From: Gammaproteobacteria bacterium
GTDB taxonomy: Bacteria; Pseudomonadota; Gammaproteobacteria; GCA-001735895
DNA length: 64,000 bases
Direction: 5' to 3'
NCBI GenBank assembly: GCA_050295575.1
Contig: JBNKPX010000002.1
Location: forward strand, 1,817-65,816
A model generated the notes under the pieces. It had not been told where the DNA came from. It saw only the letters and a list, made by a program, of their open reading frames with translations, and searched no databases. The position numbers and the translations under genes are program-made. Shown here one piece after another: positions 9,072-21,328 of the stretch (positions within the stretch are counted from its first letter, which is position 1; every line of letters begins with the position of its first letter).

Positions 9072-11192
9072 ATGACTACCCCTCAACCCAAAAACCTGTT
9101 CTCCTATCGACCATACTGGGCCATCCGCTATGGCAATGCTCCTGTTTTACCGATGACCAGAGCTGAGATGGATCAACTTGGCTGGGATAGCTGCGACATT
9201 ATTTTAATCACAGGCGATGCCTATATCGATCATCCGAGTTTTGGCATGGCTGTGATTGGCCGTGTGCTTGAATCACAGGGGTTTCGTGTCGGTATTATTG
9301 CACAACCGGACTGGAATGACCTTTCCAGCTTCTCGCAGCTGGGCAAGCCCAATCTATTTTTTGGGGTCACAGCAGGAAATATGGATTCATTGGTTAATCA
9401 CTATACCTCAGACCGCAAAATACGCAGTGATGATGCTTATACCCCTCTAGGAGTAGCCGGTAAACGCCCAGACCGGGCCGTATTGGTATATAGCCAGAAG
9501 GTTCGCCAGGTTTATAGCGATGTACCCATTATTATCGGCGGTATCGAAGCCAGTTTGCGCCGTATAGCGCATTATGACTATTGGCAGGATAAGGTTCGAC
9601 AATCCGTACTGGTTGATTCTAGCGCCGACATCCTCTTATTTGGTAATGCAGAGCGCGCTATAGTGGAACTCGCTCATCGCCTGGCAGCTAATGAAAATAT
9701 CCAAGATATCAAGGATATACGCGGTACTGCCTACCTGGTAGATGAGATCCCCGAAAGCTGGTCCATCATCAATTCAACCGAGATAGATTCTCCCGGTATA
9801 GTTGAAAAAATCGTCAGCCCCTATCAGGAAATACCAGACTGTGAGGAAAAGTCACAAGTCAAAGTTAAAACCGACTTTAATATTCGCCCAAAACACATTG
9901 AGCGCAGCAATACCGTTATCAAAATGCCCAGCTTTGAACAGGTAAGTCAAAGCAAGCCACTATACGCACATGCATCCCGAGTTTTTCACCTGGAAACCAA
10001 TCCTGGCAATGCCAGATCCCTGGTGCAGGCGCATGGCAAGCACTATCTCTGGATCAACCCGCCTCCTTTTCCGCTGGAAACCAATGAGCTGGATAAGGTG
10101 TTTGAAATGCCCTATGCACGGCGCCCTCACCCTGCTTATGGCGATGATCGTATTCCCGCCTGGGAGATGATTCGTCATTCGGTAAATATCATGCGTGGTT
10201 GTTTTGGTGGATGTACCTTCTGCTCTATTACTGAACACGAAGGCAGAATCATCCAGAGTCGTTCTGAAGATTCCGTGATACGGGAGATCGAAGCCATACG
10301 CGATGGCGATGAAAAATTCACCGGACACATATCCGATGTTGGTGGCCCTACGGCAAATATGTATCAGTTGACCTGTAAGAGCAAGGAGATCGAACAATCC
10401 TGTCGCCGTCTATCCTGCGTGTATCCAGGTATCTGTAAGAATCTGAATACAGATCATGGCCCATTAATCCATCTATACCGACGAGCTCGTTCATTAAAAG
10501 GTATAAAAAGAGTCCATGTTGCGTCTGGCTTACGTTACGACCTGGCGGTTAAGTCACCTGAATACATCAAGGAACTAACCCAGCATCATGTAGGCGGTTA
10601 TCTAAAAATAGCACCGGAACATATCGAAGATGGGCCTCTGTCCAAGATGATGAAACCAGGTGTAGATAGCTATTACGAATTTAAGAAACTATTCGAACAA
10701 TATTCACGTGAAGTAGGAAAAGAACAGTATCTGATTCCTTACTTTATCAGCGCCCATCCTGGTACCAGTGATACAGACATGTTAAACCTGGCTCTATGGC
10801 TGAAACAGAATGACTTCAAGCCTGACCAGGTACAGGCATTTTTACCAACGCCGCTGGCTATTGCCTCTGCCATGTACCATAGCGGCAAGAATCCATTACG
10901 TAAAATCAATCATCGCTCGGAAAAAGTCCGTGTCATCAAAAGTGCAGAGCAACGCAAGCTTCACAAGGCATTTTTGCGCTACCACGACCCACTCAACTGG
11001 CCACTGATTAGAACAGCTTTAAAGAATATGGGGCGCAGTGATTTAATCGGTAATGGTAAGCAGCATCTGGTTCCTGCATGGCAGCCCAAAGATGAGAGAG
11101 TTAATAAGGCTCGCCCACAAAAAAAGCAGCATTCCAGGAACACTGCTTTTCAAAAATCATCAGCCAGACCGGCTAAAAGCCGTAGGCGATAA
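9072..11192 (+). CDS. ygiQ: YgiQ family radical SAM protein (UPF0313)
   Basis: 706 aa. Radical-SAM Cys motif [12 protein letters not shown]. Conserved YgiQ N-terminal domain ([33 protein letters not shown]) and a basic C-terminal tail. Confidence 0.9.
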   Translation: MTTPQPKNLFSYRPYWAIRYGNAPVLPMTRAEMDQLGWDSCDIILITGDAYIDHPSFGMAVIGRVLESQGFRVGIIAQPDWNDLSSFSQLGKPNLFFGVTAGNMDSLVNHYTSDRKIRSDDAYTPLGVAGKRPDRAVLVYSQKVRQVYSDVPIIIGGIEASLRRIAHYDYWQDKVRQSVLVDSSADILLFGNAERAIVELAHRLAANENIQDIKDIRGTAYLVDEIPESWSIINSTEIDSPGIVEKIVSPYQEIPDCEEKSQVKVKTDFNIRPKHIERSNTVIKMPSFEQVSQSKPLYAHASRVFHLETNPGNARSLVQAHGKHYLWINPPPFPLETNELDKVFEMPYARRPHPAYGDDRIPAWEMIRHSVNIMRGCFGGCTFCSITEHEGRIIQSRSEDSVIREIEAIRDGDEKFTGHISDVGGPTANMYQLTCKSKEIEQSCRRLSCVYPGICKNLNTDHGPLIHLYRRARSLKGIKRVHVASGLRYDLAVKSPEYIKELTQHHVGGYLKIAPEHIEDGPLSKMMKPGVDSYYEFKKLFEQYSREVGKEQYLIPYFISAHPGTSDTDMLNLALWLKQNDFKPDQVQAFLPTPLAIASAMYHSGKNPLRKINHRSEKVRVIKSAEQRKLHKAFLRYHDPLNWPLIRTALKNMGRSDLIGNGKQHLVPAWQPKDERVNKARPQKKQHSRNTAFQKSSARPAKSRRR

Positions 11193-11194
11193 TA

Positions 11195-11689
11195 TTATTT
11201 TTTCAGTTCATTTAATATATCCTGAGTGATATCAACCTTTTCAGCTGCAAATGCTACACCCTGTGTAAACACCAGGTCATAACCATGCTGTTTTGAGTAT
11301 TCATTGATAACAGCTGATATAGTTTTTCTTATTTTATCAATTTCCTGTTTACGACGCAGGTCTACATCTTCTTTTAATGATTGCGCATCAAAACGTAGTT
11401 TACGTTTCTTTTCCTGTATGGCTGCTTCCATTTTACCCTTTTGATCAGGGCTCATGATCGCTGCATCTTTCTGCAGATCTTTTTCTTCTTTTTGAATTTC
11501 TTCAGCTAATCCACGTATAGCATCTTCACGCCCCTTAAACTCTTTTTTCATCGCTTCAATTGACTGTTTAGCCTGAGGTGCTTCCTGCAGGATAATCGCG
11601 CTATTAATAAACGCAGCTTTCAATTCAGCATAGGCCGATGTAGTAAAAAGCGAAACTGCAATAACAAAAATGGATAATAGTTTTTTCAT
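11195..11689 (-). CDS. OmpH/Skp family periplasmic chaperone
   Basis: 164 aa. Signal peptide ending AYA. Charged coiled-coil arm with typical ...KLRFDAQSLKEDVDLRRKQE... content. Not in the bamA-skp-lpxD context. Confidence 0.8.
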   Translation of the reverse strand: MKKLLSIFVIAVSLFTTSAYAELKAAFINSAIILQEAPQAKQSIEAMKKEFKGREDAIRGLAEEIQKEEKDLQKDAAIMSPDQKGKMEAAIQEKKRKLRFDAQSLKEDVDLRRKQEIDKIRKTISAVINEYSKQHGYDLVFTQGVAFAAEKVDITQDILNELKK

Positions 11690-11701
11690 GTTTTTCCCTG
11701 G

Positions 11702-12208
11702 TTACTGGCCAATCATGGCCTCTTGTTGTTTCATACGATCATTTAACAATTTTTCAACGTTCTTAGCATCATTGAAAAGCTTCTCTATTCTGTCGGGAGA
11801 ATATGGATTCCCGATCTCAGAAGTCCCTTTGACCAGAGCTCCGTCATTTTGTTCAGAATCAGACTCACTAGCTTCAGGCTCTTCTTCGAGCTGTACTGAT
11901 TGTATCAGATTAGTCCTCGGGTCATAACCCTTGACAGTATATTCGATACCCTCAGGAGGTGGTTGCGAAGTAAAGTTCAAATTGCCTTCAGCATCGTGCC
12001 ATTGGTAAACAAGATCCTTATTAGCTGAATCAGCGCCTGGTAGCTTGGGTAACTTTGCATCACTGGCTCCCTTCGGTAGGCTAATATCGGGCATTTTCAA
12101 ATCACTAACACTCATCAAGGGTTGTCCATCTTTTCCCTTCAGCAGGGTAAAAGGCAATAGAACAGCTATAAATAATGCAGCAAAAATTAACTTAATAAAT
12201 AGTTTCAT
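11702..12208 (-). CDS. DUF4124 domain protein
   Basis: Signal/TM N-terminus. VYQWHDAEGNLNFTSQPP matches the DUF4124 core (Y.W.D..G...y.d.pP). Confidence 0.65.
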   Translation of the reverse strand: MKLFIKLIFAALFIAVLLPFTLLKGKDGQPLMSVSDLKMPDISLPKGASDAKLPKLPGADSANKDLVYQWHDAEGNLNFTSQPPPEGIEYTVKGYDPRTNLIQSVQLEEEPEASESDSEQNDGALVKGTSEIGNPYSPDRIEKLFNDAKNVEKLLNDRMKQQEAMIGQ

Positions 12209-12295
12209 CTTTAAATCCTTTTGCCAGGGCCTATTAGCACCAATAGACAGTTACCCAGGCATAATAAGTTCATCAGATCTGAGTTGAACTTAATA

Positions 12296-13582
<1,287 letters not shown>

Positions 13583-13586
13583 TTAA

Positions 13587-13967
13587 CTATCTCATGATAA
13601 AACGTGCGCCTAGATAACCGATCCAGACACCCAGTAAACTTCCGAAAACACTTAACAGCATATAGGCTGCTGCCTTCATCCAGGCCCCATTATGCAGCCA
13701 GTTTAACCCATCCAGAGCAAAGGTTGAAAAGGTCGTGTAAGAACCGAGAAAACCTACCAGAATCGCAAACCTAAGCTCTTCTGAAACGGTAATCTTCTCT
13801 GTTAATAACAGGGCCAGAAACCCCATCAACAGAGAACCAGTTATATTCACCATCAGCGTACCAAATGGAAAGTCTGCGCCTAACCAGGCATAGGTTGATG
13901 AGGAAACCCAGTATCGACTGACCGCACCCAGTGATCCGCCCAGCGCGATGGCTAAATAAACTGTCAT
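13587..13967 (-). CDS. crcB: fluoride channel CrcB/FluC
   Basis: 126-aa four-TM protein. GGSLGAVSRY and GFLGSYTTFSTF motifs. Confidence 0.9.
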   Translation of the reverse strand: MTVYLAIALGGSLGAVSRYWVSSSTYAWLGADFPFGTLMVNITGSLLMGFLALLLTEKITVSEELRFAILVGFLGSYTTFSTFALDGLNWLHNGAWMKAAAYMLLSVFGSLLGVWIGYLGARFIMR

Positions 13968-14043
13968 AAGGTACGTTTGTTTTCACTTGAAAAAGCGGTA
14001 TTGTACCGATCACGCTAAAACTTTCATCCATAAAGGCCGCTTA

Positions 14044-14658
14044 ATGCGTACTCAAATACTATTTTTAATCAGCTTTGCCAGTTTTTTTTCTTCCCAGCTA
14101 CTGGCTATAGACGAAAATGAAATACCTGAAAAACTAAAAACGATTTATGGCTTATATCTAACCCCGCACGAAGCCTATAATCTGAAGACTGCTCCGGGGG
14201 CAGACATACTATTGGTCGATATACGCTCTAGACCAGAGCTTAAATTCATCGGCGCATCAGATTTAATAGATGCCAACATCCCTTCCCGCTTCATCAATAC
14301 GCAATTCACCTGGTCAGATAAGGCGAATACGTATCGTACGGTCAAGAATACACACTTTGTTGCTGATTTTGAGAAATTGCTGAGCTTAAATGACAAAAAC
14401 AAAGACACCCCGATTATTTTGATTTGCCAATCTGGCAGTCGAGTTCCCAAAGCTGCGGATTTGTTATTCGAAGCTGGATTTAAGACGGTTTATTCTCTTT
14501 ATCAAGGCTTTGAGGGTATTAAGGCTAAAACAGGCGTTAATAAAGGGCAACGCAGAGTAAATGGCTGGAAAAATGCCGACCTGCCCTGGAGTTACAAACT
14601 AAATAAAGAAGCCATGTACTTCAATTTTGATGCTTCCCGTACCGAGGCTAGCGATTGA
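14044..14658 (+). CDS. periplasmic rhodanese-domain sulfurtransferase
   Basis: The ATG at 14044 gives signal peptide MRTQILFLISFASFFSSQLLA. Active-site loop ICQSGSRV. The upstream TTG at 13987 would overlap the crcB start region. Confidence 0.8.
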   Translation: MRTQILFLISFASFFSSQLLAIDENEIPEKLKTIYGLYLTPHEAYNLKTAPGADILLVDIRSRPELKFIGASDLIDANIPSRFINTQFTWSDKANTYRTVKNTHFVADFEKLLSLNDKNKDTPIILICQSGSRVPKAADLLFEAGFKTVYSLYQGFEGIKAKTGVNKGQRRVNGWKNADLPWSYKLNKEAMYFNFDASRTEASD

Positions 14659-15728
14659 ATTCAGTAAATCCCCCTCTTCTTAGCCTGCAGATTAAAGAAC
14701 TTGGGCAACAGCTGGGCTTTCAGGCAGTAGGTATCACCGACACCAAACTCGACACCCAGCATCATCATTATCGTGACTGGATAGCAAATAACTATCACGG
14801 TGAGATGGCATATATGCATCGTAACACCGAGAAAAGGCTGTACCCGGAGCAGATGCATCCAGGAACATTATCGGTCATATGCGTGCGTCTGGATTATCTT
14901 ACAGACGGTTCAGAGCCTCTGATTGATTTACTCGATCATCCTGATCGGGCCTATATATCCCGATATGCATTAGGTCGTGATTATCACAAGCTGATGCGTA
15001 AGCGACTGCAAAAGTTTGCTGGAGAGATCCAGTCTATTATCGGTGATTTCGGCTATCGTGTTTTTACCGATAGCGCCCCTGTGTTAGAAAAAGAACTAGC
15101 CGTAAAAGCCGGCCTGGGCTGGCGTGGAAAACACAGTAATATTCTACACCGCAGGCATGGCTCCTGGTTTTTCCTGGGTGAAATATATACTGATTTGAAT
15201 TTACCCAGCGATCAGCCGCTGGATCAACACTGTGGCGACTGTAGCAGCTGTATAGATAAATGCCCTACCCGGGCTATCGTTGCACCTTACGTGGTTGATG
15301 CGCGCAGATGTATATCCTATCTTACGATCGAGCATCATTCCGCGATAGCGGAGGAATACCGCGAGGCTATAGGAAATCGTATCTATGGCTGTGACGACTG
15401 TCAGCTATATTGCCCATGGAACCGGTTTGAAAAACTCACTAGTGAATCTGATTTCAATGCGCGTCATCACCTTGATGACATTAGCCTGCTAGAATGCTTT
15501 AGCTGGACTGAAACACAGTTTCTGGACCGCTTTGAAGGTTCACCTATACGACGTATTGGCTATCAGAAATGGTGTAGAAATTTGGCGATCGCACTTGGAA
15601 ACGCTGCTGGCAGCCCGCATATCTTAAATGCTTTAAAAAGTGCCCAAGCCACTGCAACACCTCTGGTAAACGAACATATCAACTGGGCCATAGCCCGGCA
15701 AAACCATAAACTGGATGTATCACAATGA
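14655..15728 (+). CDS. queG: tRNA epoxyqueuosine(34) reductase
   Basis: 357 aa. Two ferredoxin-type clusters, CGDCSSCIDKCP and CDDCQLYCPWNRF. Start overlaps the rhodanese gene stop by 4 nt. Confidence 0.92.
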   Translation: MNSVNPPLLSLQIKELGQQLGFQAVGITDTKLDTQHHHYRDWIANNYHGEMAYMHRNTEKRLYPEQMHPGTLSVICVRLDYLTDGSEPLIDLLDHPDRAYISRYALGRDYHKLMRKRLQKFAGEIQSIIGDFGYRVFTDSAPVLEKELAVKAGLGWRGKHSNILHRRHGSWFFLGEIYTDLNLPSDQPLDQHCGDCSSCIDKCPTRAIVAPYVVDARRCISYLTIEHHSAIAEEYREAIGNRIYGCDDCQLYCPWNRFEKLTSESDFNARHHLDDISLLECFSWTETQFLDRFEGSPIRRIGYQKWCRNLAIALGNAAGSPHILNALKSAQATATPLVNEHINWAIARQNHKLDVSQ

Positions 15729-16720
15729 ATAAATGGCAACAATTTACAGCGTCCCAACAACTGTTACCCGCACAGACAGGCAACACGCTATGTGCTCTAA
15801 GCGATACTGGCATATTGTATGTAGGAGGTGAGGATGCTCAGGAGTTTTTGCAAAACCAGCTGAGTAATGATATTTCCCATATCGATGCGAACAAGGCCCA
15901 GCTAAGCTCTTTTTCCAATGCAAAGGGACGTATGATCGCCATCTTCCGAGTAATCCAGATCGATGGTGGCTATCTGTTAATCATGCCAAAGTCGATTTTA
16001 CAGCAAGTGATGCAACAACTGCAGAAATACGTTATCCGTGCTCAGGTAGTCATGGCTGACATCACTGAATCTTTTGCCATGACAGGCATAAGCTCAAGCC
16101 CGGACCTTTTGCCTGTAGACGAAAGATTCCCTACTCAATTGAATGAGGTATATCAATCAGACTCCCTGATATCAGTGCATGTTAATAGTAGCGATGGACA
16201 ACAACGTTATCTGCTATTGAGCAATGATGAAGAGGAAGCTATTGAACTGGTATCAACACTGTCTGAAAAACTCCCTCTTTCTGTTGCAGACAGCTGGCGA
16301 TTACAGGAAATCCAGGCCGGCGTACCTACTCTGTACCCAAAAACCATGCTAGCCTTCGTATTACAGATGAGCAATCTACAGCATCTTGATGGCGTCAGCT
16401 TTAAAAAAGGCTGCTACCCCGGTCAGGAAGTTGTCGCACGTATGCAGTATCTGGGCAAGCTCAAACGCCGTATGTACCTTGTCCGGATCGATTCTGATCA
16501 CTGCCCTATGCCCGGCGATGAGCTCAAAAGTCGTGATGCCGAGGCTAAAGATGGTGCAGGAAAGGTTGTAGATGCAATCCCTGTGGACGATAATAGCTGT
16601 CTGATGTTGATTATTGCCCAGATCGAAAAGGCTGAAGCCGATAATCTGGTTTTGTGTGATCAGCCAGATTCTGCAATAAAACTGCAGACCTTACCCTATG
16701 ATGAAACAAGTAATAACTAA
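15725..16720 (+). CDS. ygfZ: YgfZ-type folate-binding tRNA-modification/Fe-S repair protein
   Basis: 331 aa. KGCYPGQE signature. GcvT-like fold pattern. 4-nt overlap with queG. Confidence 0.85.
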   Translation: MNKWQQFTASQQLLPAQTGNTLCALSDTGILYVGGEDAQEFLQNQLSNDISHIDANKAQLSSFSNAKGRMIAIFRVIQIDGGYLLIMPKSILQQVMQQLQKYVIRAQVVMADITESFAMTGISSSPDLLPVDERFPTQLNEVYQSDSLISVHVNSSDGQQRYLLLSNDEEEAIELVSTLSEKLPLSVADSWRLQEIQAGVPTLYPKTMLAFVLQMSNLQHLDGVSFKKGCYPGQEVVARMQYLGKLKRRMYLVRIDSDHCPMPGDELKSRDAEAKDGAGKVVDAIPVDDNSCLMLIIAQIEKAEADNLVLCDQPDSAIKLQTLPYDETSNN

Positions 16721-16825
16721 ATATTGTTCAGATTTAGCCATATAGTTTTGTTGAATCAATTTTTGCCATCTATAATCCGATTGAATAAAACATATACCAA
16801 TCGATTTAACTGTGGAAGATAATAA

Positions 16826-17641
16826 ATGAGTATCACCGAAGAAAGCATTCTTGAAGACCTGAAGAATGACCGACTCCCTTTACCTACCCTGCCTGAAGTT
16901 GCCATCAAGGTTCGAGAAACCGTGGATAATGACAACTCCACCATAAAGAACATATCGGAGATCATCGAAACAGATGCCGCCCTGTCTGCTCGAATTATTC
17001 AGGTTGCAAACTCGGCACTATATCGGGGACTCAGCTCTGCAGATAATGTGCATAACGCAGTAACTCGCATGGGCCTGATAACAGTTCGCAACCTGGCAAC
17101 CTCACTGGTTATGAAACAACTTTTTCAGGCCACAAATCCTGTGGTCGATAAATATCTGAGAAGGACCTGGAAGCTTAGTACCGATGTAGCTGCATTAAGC
17201 GCAATGCTGGCCAAAACCAGTACCAATCTGGATCCCAATAGCGCCTTGCTGGCAGGTCTTACCCATTGTATCGGAATTTCTCCGATTTTGGTGAAGGCTG
17301 AAGGTGATCCCGAATTACTTAACAATATCAGTCTCATGGATCAAATCATCAATGAACTCTACCCTGTGGTTGGTGAAGCCATCCTTAGAAAGTGGGATTT
17401 TCATGATGAAATGGTAACGGTCCCCGCAGAGCATCTTGATATTAATCGCGTGAATAATGGCCCAGCAGATTTTACCGATGTGGTGCAGGTCGCCCTGATT
17501 GAAACAGTAGCGGGTACTAGCCACCCTCTAGGAAATGTTGATACTTCTCAGATTGGCTCATTCGCCCGCGTTGGTATGGAGAGTTTCGAAGAGATCGATA
17601 TGTCAGGTGGCGTGGCAGAAATTGTAGAGGCCATCGCTTAA
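16826..17641 (+). CDS. HDOD domain signalling protein
   Basis: LPTLPEVAIKVRE...DAALSARIIQVANSALY N-terminal HDOD signature. Confidence 0.85.
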   Translation: MSITEESILEDLKNDRLPLPTLPEVAIKVRETVDNDNSTIKNISEIIETDAALSARIIQVANSALYRGLSSADNVHNAVTRMGLITVRNLATSLVMKQLFQATNPVVDKYLRRTWKLSTDVAALSAMLAKTSTNLDPNSALLAGLTHCIGISPILVKAEGDPELLNNISLMDQIINELYPVVGEAILRKWDFHDEMVTVPAEHLDINRVNNGPADFTDVVQVALIETVAGTSHPLGNVDTSQIGSFARVGMESFEEIDMSGGVAEIVEAIA

Positions 17642-17673
17642 ATCCAGACTGCTTCATTTTTGAAGGAAGCAGA

Positions 17674-17706
17674 CAAAAAAACGCCCACTTTTGTGGGCGT
17701 TTTTTA
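17674..17706. terminator. bidirectional rho-independent terminator between the HDOD gene and lysS
   Basis: AAAAAAA-ACGCCCAC-TTTT-GTGGGCGT-TTTTT. A-run and T-run flank a perfect 8-bp GC-rich stem between convergent genes. Confidence 0.85.
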
Positions 17707-17726
17707 TTACTGATGTAGAAAACTGT

Positions 17727-19217
17727 TTATTCAGGGCGCATATGCGGAAATAACAGCACATCACGAATACTCGAAGAATCAGTCAGAAACATAATCAGTC
17801 GATCTATACCTATGCCCTCACCTGCCGTTGGTGGCAAGCCATACTCCAGCGCCCGGATGTAGTCATCATCAAAATGCATCGCTTCCATATCTCCAGCATC
17901 CTTATCTGCCACTTGCTTATGGAAACGCTCAGCCTGATCTTCCGCATCATTTAATTCCGAAAATCCATTTGCCAGTTCTCGTCCAGCAATAAAGAACTCA
18001 AAACGATCAGTGACCTGGGGATCATCATCATTACGTCGTGCCAGCGGAGAAACCTCGGTGGGATACTGTGTAATAAAGGTTGGCTGGATGAGTTGATGCT
18101 CAACGGTTTTCTCAAAAATTTCGAGCTGAACCTTTCCAATCCCATAGCTATCCATCAAAGGGATACCCATGCCGCTAGCAATCGCCTTACACTGTTCGAG
18201 ATCATCAAGTGCTACGGGATCAATATCTGGATTGAAGTGGATGATGGATTCCTTAACCGACATACGGGCAAAAGGCTTAGCTAGATCAAACTCTTCTCCC
18301 TGATTCATGATAGTGGTGCTGCCAATAACCTCAAGCGCCAGATTACGCAGCAGGTCCTCAGTTAAATCCATCAACTGGATATAATCCGCATAGGCTTCGT
18401 AGAATTCAATCATGGTGAATTCGGGGTTATGTCGGGTAGAAAGACCTTCGTTGCGGAAACTACGGTTTATTTCAAATACCTTCTCGACACCACCAACGAC
18501 CAGACGTTTGAGGTATAACTCTGGTGCCACACGCAGGAATAGATCCATTCCTAAGGCATTGTGGTGAGTAACGAAAGGCCTTGCCGTGGCACCACCGGGG
18601 ATCACATGCATCATCGGGGTTTCAACTTCCATGTATCCTTTCTGGGTCAGGTACTGACGAATGAAATTGATCGCTTTACTACGCGTATGAAAAACCTTGC
18701 GCGATTCTTCATTCATGATCAGATCAAGGTAACGCTGACGATACTTTTGCTCGGTATCGGTCAGGCCATGGAATTTTTCCGGTAATGGACGCAACGACTT
18801 GGTTAACAGAATCAGACGAGTCACCTTAAGTGATAATTCACCAGTCTGTGTTTTAAATAAAGTCCCTTCGGCGCCAAAGATATCCCCGATATCGCTATGC
18901 TTGAAAGCTTCGTAGTTTTCCTCGCCAATCGCATCCTGACGTACATAGATCTGGAATTGCCCACTCATATCCTGCAAATTGGCAAAAGTGGTTTTTCCCT
19001 TACCACGTTTAAACATCATTCTTCCAGCAATACAGGCAGTTACAGCGAGTTCTTCAAGTTCTTCCTTACTCTTAAACTCATATTCAACAACCAGCTCTGC
19101 AGCCAGATCTTTGCGCCTGAAATGATTGGGGAAGGCCTGCCCCTGCTCGCGCAGGGCTGACAGCTTTTCACGTCGCTGTGCAATCAGTTTGTTTTCGTCC
19201 AAGGTGTTATCGCTCAT
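17727..19217 (-). CDS. lysS: lysine--tRNA ligase (class II)
   Basis: 496 aa. [19 protein letters not shown] and [15 protein letters not shown] motifs. Starts 3 nt after the prfB stop, the conserved prfB-lysS operon. Confidence 0.97.
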   Translation of the reverse strand: MSDNTLDENKLIAQRREKLSALREQGQAFPNHFRRKDLAAELVVEYEFKSKEELEELAVTACIAGRMMFKRGKGKTTFANLQDMSGQFQIYVRQDAIGEENYEAFKHSDIGDIFGAEGTLFKTQTGELSLKVTRLILLTKSLRPLPEKFHGLTDTEQKYRQRYLDLIMNEESRKVFHTRSKAINFIRQYLTQKGYMEVETPMMHVIPGGATARPFVTHHNALGMDLFLRVAPELYLKRLVVGGVEKVFEINRSFRNEGLSTRHNPEFTMIEFYEAYADYIQLMDLTEDLLRNLALEVIGSTTIMNQGEEFDLAKPFARMSVKESIIHFNPDIDPVALDDLEQCKAIASGMGIPLMDSYGIGKVQLEIFEKTVEHQLIQPTFITQYPTEVSPLARRNDDDPQVTDRFEFFIAGRELANGFSELNDAEDQAERFHKQVADKDAGDMEAMHFDDDYIRALEYGLPPTAGEGIGIDRLIMFLTDSSSIRDVLLFPHMRPE

Positions 19218-19220
19218 AAC

Positions 19221-20319
19221 TTACAATCCACTCTTTAGTGATGCTTCAATAAATTGGTCTAAAGAACCGTCTAATACCGCCTGGGTATTACCGGTCTCGA
19301 CATGGGTTCTTAAATCTTTTATACGTGATTGGTCCAGTACATACGAGCGAATCTGACTACCCCATCCGATATCAGATTTTGTGTCTTCCAGATTTTGTGC
19401 CGCTGCATTCTTCTTCTGAATTTCAAGTTCGTATAGTTTGGCTTTTAACTGCTTCATAGCCGTTGCCTTGTTCTTGTGTTGCGAACGATCATTCTGGCAT
19501 TGCACCACCACATTAGTGGGAATATGCGTAATACGTACCGCAGATTCCGTACGGTTAACATGCTGCCCACCAGCACCACTGGCCCGATACACATCAATAC
19601 GCAGATCGGAAGGATCGATTTCAATATCGATATCATCGTCTACCTCGGGTGAAACAAAGGCTGCCGCAAAAGAGGTATGACGACGGTTACCCGAATCAAA
19701 TGGCGATTTACGCACCAGACGATGCACACCCGTCTCCGTACGTAACCATCCAAAGGCGTATTCACCTTCAAAACGCACGGTGGCACTCTTGATACCTGCC
19801 ACATCACCCGCTGAAACCTCGATCAACTCGGTTTTAAAGCCTTTACGCTCTCCCCAACGTAGATACATGCGTAATATCATTTCCGCCCAGTCCTGAGCCT
19901 CTGTACCACCTGAGCCAGCCTGTATATCGAGGAATGCATTACAGGCATCCATTTCACCGGAAAACATGCGGCGAAATTCCAGCTCGGCAACTACAGCTTC
20001 AGATTTAGCCAGATCAGCCTGAATCGACTCTACGGTTGATTCATCCTGCTCCATCTCGGCCAGTTCAAGTAATTCAGCAGCATCGCTTACGGCATTAGCG
20101 GTATTATCAAGACCATCGATGATGGTTTCCAGACGTGAGCGCTCCTTACCCAGATGCTGAGCCTTTTCAGGGTCATTCCATACATCAGGGTCTTCCAGTT
20201 CGATACGAATTTCTTCTAGCTGCTCTTTCTTTTCGGCATAGTCAAAGATACCCCCTTAACGCTTCAATACGCGCTAACAGGTCTTCGATATGTAATGAGA
20301 TTGGGTTGGTTTCAAGCAT
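19221..20319 (-). CDS. prfB: peptide chain release factor 2, expressed through a programmed +1 frameshift
   Basis: The ATG at 20319 opens a 25-codon frame ([25 protein letters not shown]) ending at in-frame TGA 20244-20242. The +1 frame continues [11 protein letters not shown]... into the 277-aa ORF of the track. SPF and GGQ motifs are present. Total is 365 aa. Confidence 0.95.
20241..20256 (-). promoter_or_regulatory. prfB autoregulatory +1 frameshift site
   Basis: The minus strand reads AGG GGG TAT CTT TGA C, an internal Shine-Dalgarno-like AGGGGG followed by the slippery CTT-TGA-C. As I recall it is identical to the E. coli prfB site. Confidence 0.93.
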
Positions 20320-20464
20320 AAACAGTATGAAGTTGAAAAAGCGCTGAATTCTACCTGATGTGGATTGATTTGTAATCAGCAAAACCCATAACGAGGTAAC
20401 TTATCAATCCATTTTCGGGGCTTTCTAATGCATCCTGGACCATTTGTAAGCTTAAAAAACCTAT

Positions 20465-20608
20465 AACCACAGAGGACACAGAGAACACGGAGGTATTTTG
20501 TTTATTTAAAATTTTCATAACTAGTCTAAAATAAAATGATCGCTTGATTGTATTAAACATGAAAATAGGGCTGATCTTTTCTCTGTGCTCTCTGTGTCCT
20601 CTGTGGTT
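20465..20608. repeat. imperfect inverted repeat (about 28-nt arms, about 87-nt spacer) of an AACCAC-(ACAGAG)n type
   Basis: Left arm AACCACAGAGGACACAGAGAACACGGAGG (20465-20493). The reverse complement of the right arm (20581-20608) is AACCACAGAGGACACAGAGAGCACAGAG, with 26 of 28 positions matching. Confidence 0.8.
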
Positions 20609-20626
20609 AATCGCTTTTTTACAGGT

Positions 20627-20995
20627 TCAGCCTATGTGATAGTCAAACTGCTGAATCAATTCATTGCGGGTGTCGTAAATCTCCATTTCGTGGGCCATCT
20701 GCATTTGCTTCAATATGCCGGAAAAGCGTTCACACTCATCCAGCAGCAACTCGCGCTCTGTAGAATCTCCCACCAGAATATATTCATGATCAAAGCCACT
20801 ACGAATAGCCAAACTGGCCGGGCTAGCAAGCTCAAGCTCATCATCTTCGATCTCGGCATCCATTCCCAGGTCTCTTAATTGAGAGCAAAGTTGTTGTAGC
20901 GACTGATCACTGGTCAGGGTCCCTGCCAGCATATAAAAACCATTCATTGAAATACCTCTCCTAAACAATGCCAATAGATGATCGTATGACATCAT
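20627..20995 (-). CDS. small acidic protein, function unknown
   Basis: 122-aa ORF at the tail of the 23776->20627 gene string. Start uncertain (Met1, Met2 or Met17). No family recognised. Confidence 0.45.
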   Translation of the reverse strand: MMSYDHLLALFRRGISMNGFYMLAGTLTSDQSLQQLCSQLRDLGMDAEIEDDELELASPASLAIRSGFDHEYILVGDSTERELLLDECERFSGILKQMQMAHEMEIYDTRNELIQQFDYHIG

Positions 20996-21046
20996 CAGCT
21001 AATATTAATTTTTGTTGCGTAACTCTGCGGTTAAACCCAAAAAAAT

Positions 21047-21325
21047 TTAACCGTTCGATTCTTTGATCAAACCATTCTTCTGCAACGCCTTATATATTTT
21101 TCGCCCACTCCGCTCCAATTTAGACAGATCACGAAAATCCGGGATCTCATGTTGTTGTAAGCGGTATTCCCAGCTTTCCAGCTCACTGTCCAGGTATTCC
21201 AGTAATTTCACCGAACATCCACGACAGTCTTCACTACATACCCCCCTCAACTGAGTGTCAAAGGGTATAGTCTCTCTGATCTGCTGAATCAATAGATACA
21301 TCGCTTCAGTGGTTGAGGGCTTCAT
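21047..21325 (-). CDS. small Cys-motif protein, function unknown
   Basis: 92-aa ORF starting 3 nt after the upstream stop. CSEDCRGCS (C-x3-C-x2-C) motif. Confidence 0.5.
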   Translation of the reverse strand: MKPSTTEAMYLLIQQIRETIPFDTQLRGVCSEDCRGCSVKLLEYLDSELESWEYRLQQHEIPDFRDLSKLERSGRKIYKALQKNGLIKESNG

Positions 21326-21328
21326 TGT

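Noticed and set aside
12262-12295. Terminator hairpin after serS (AAGTTCATCAGATCTGAGTTGAACTT)
   Set aside because: The stem is imperfect with no clear T-run on the minus strand, so I did not list it as a feature.
13968-14043. Fluoride riboswitch upstream of crcB
   Set aside because: Only about 76 nt separate crcB from the divergent rhodanese gene, and I cannot find the conserved crcB-motif pseudoknot elements. crcB here may be read through or use a plain promoter.
20351-20878. ORFs 20351..20560(-) and 20585..20878(+)
   Set aside because: Both read through the inverted-repeat arms (the SVSSVV-type translation is a repeat artefact). The plus ORF is antisense to the better-supported 20627..20995 gene.
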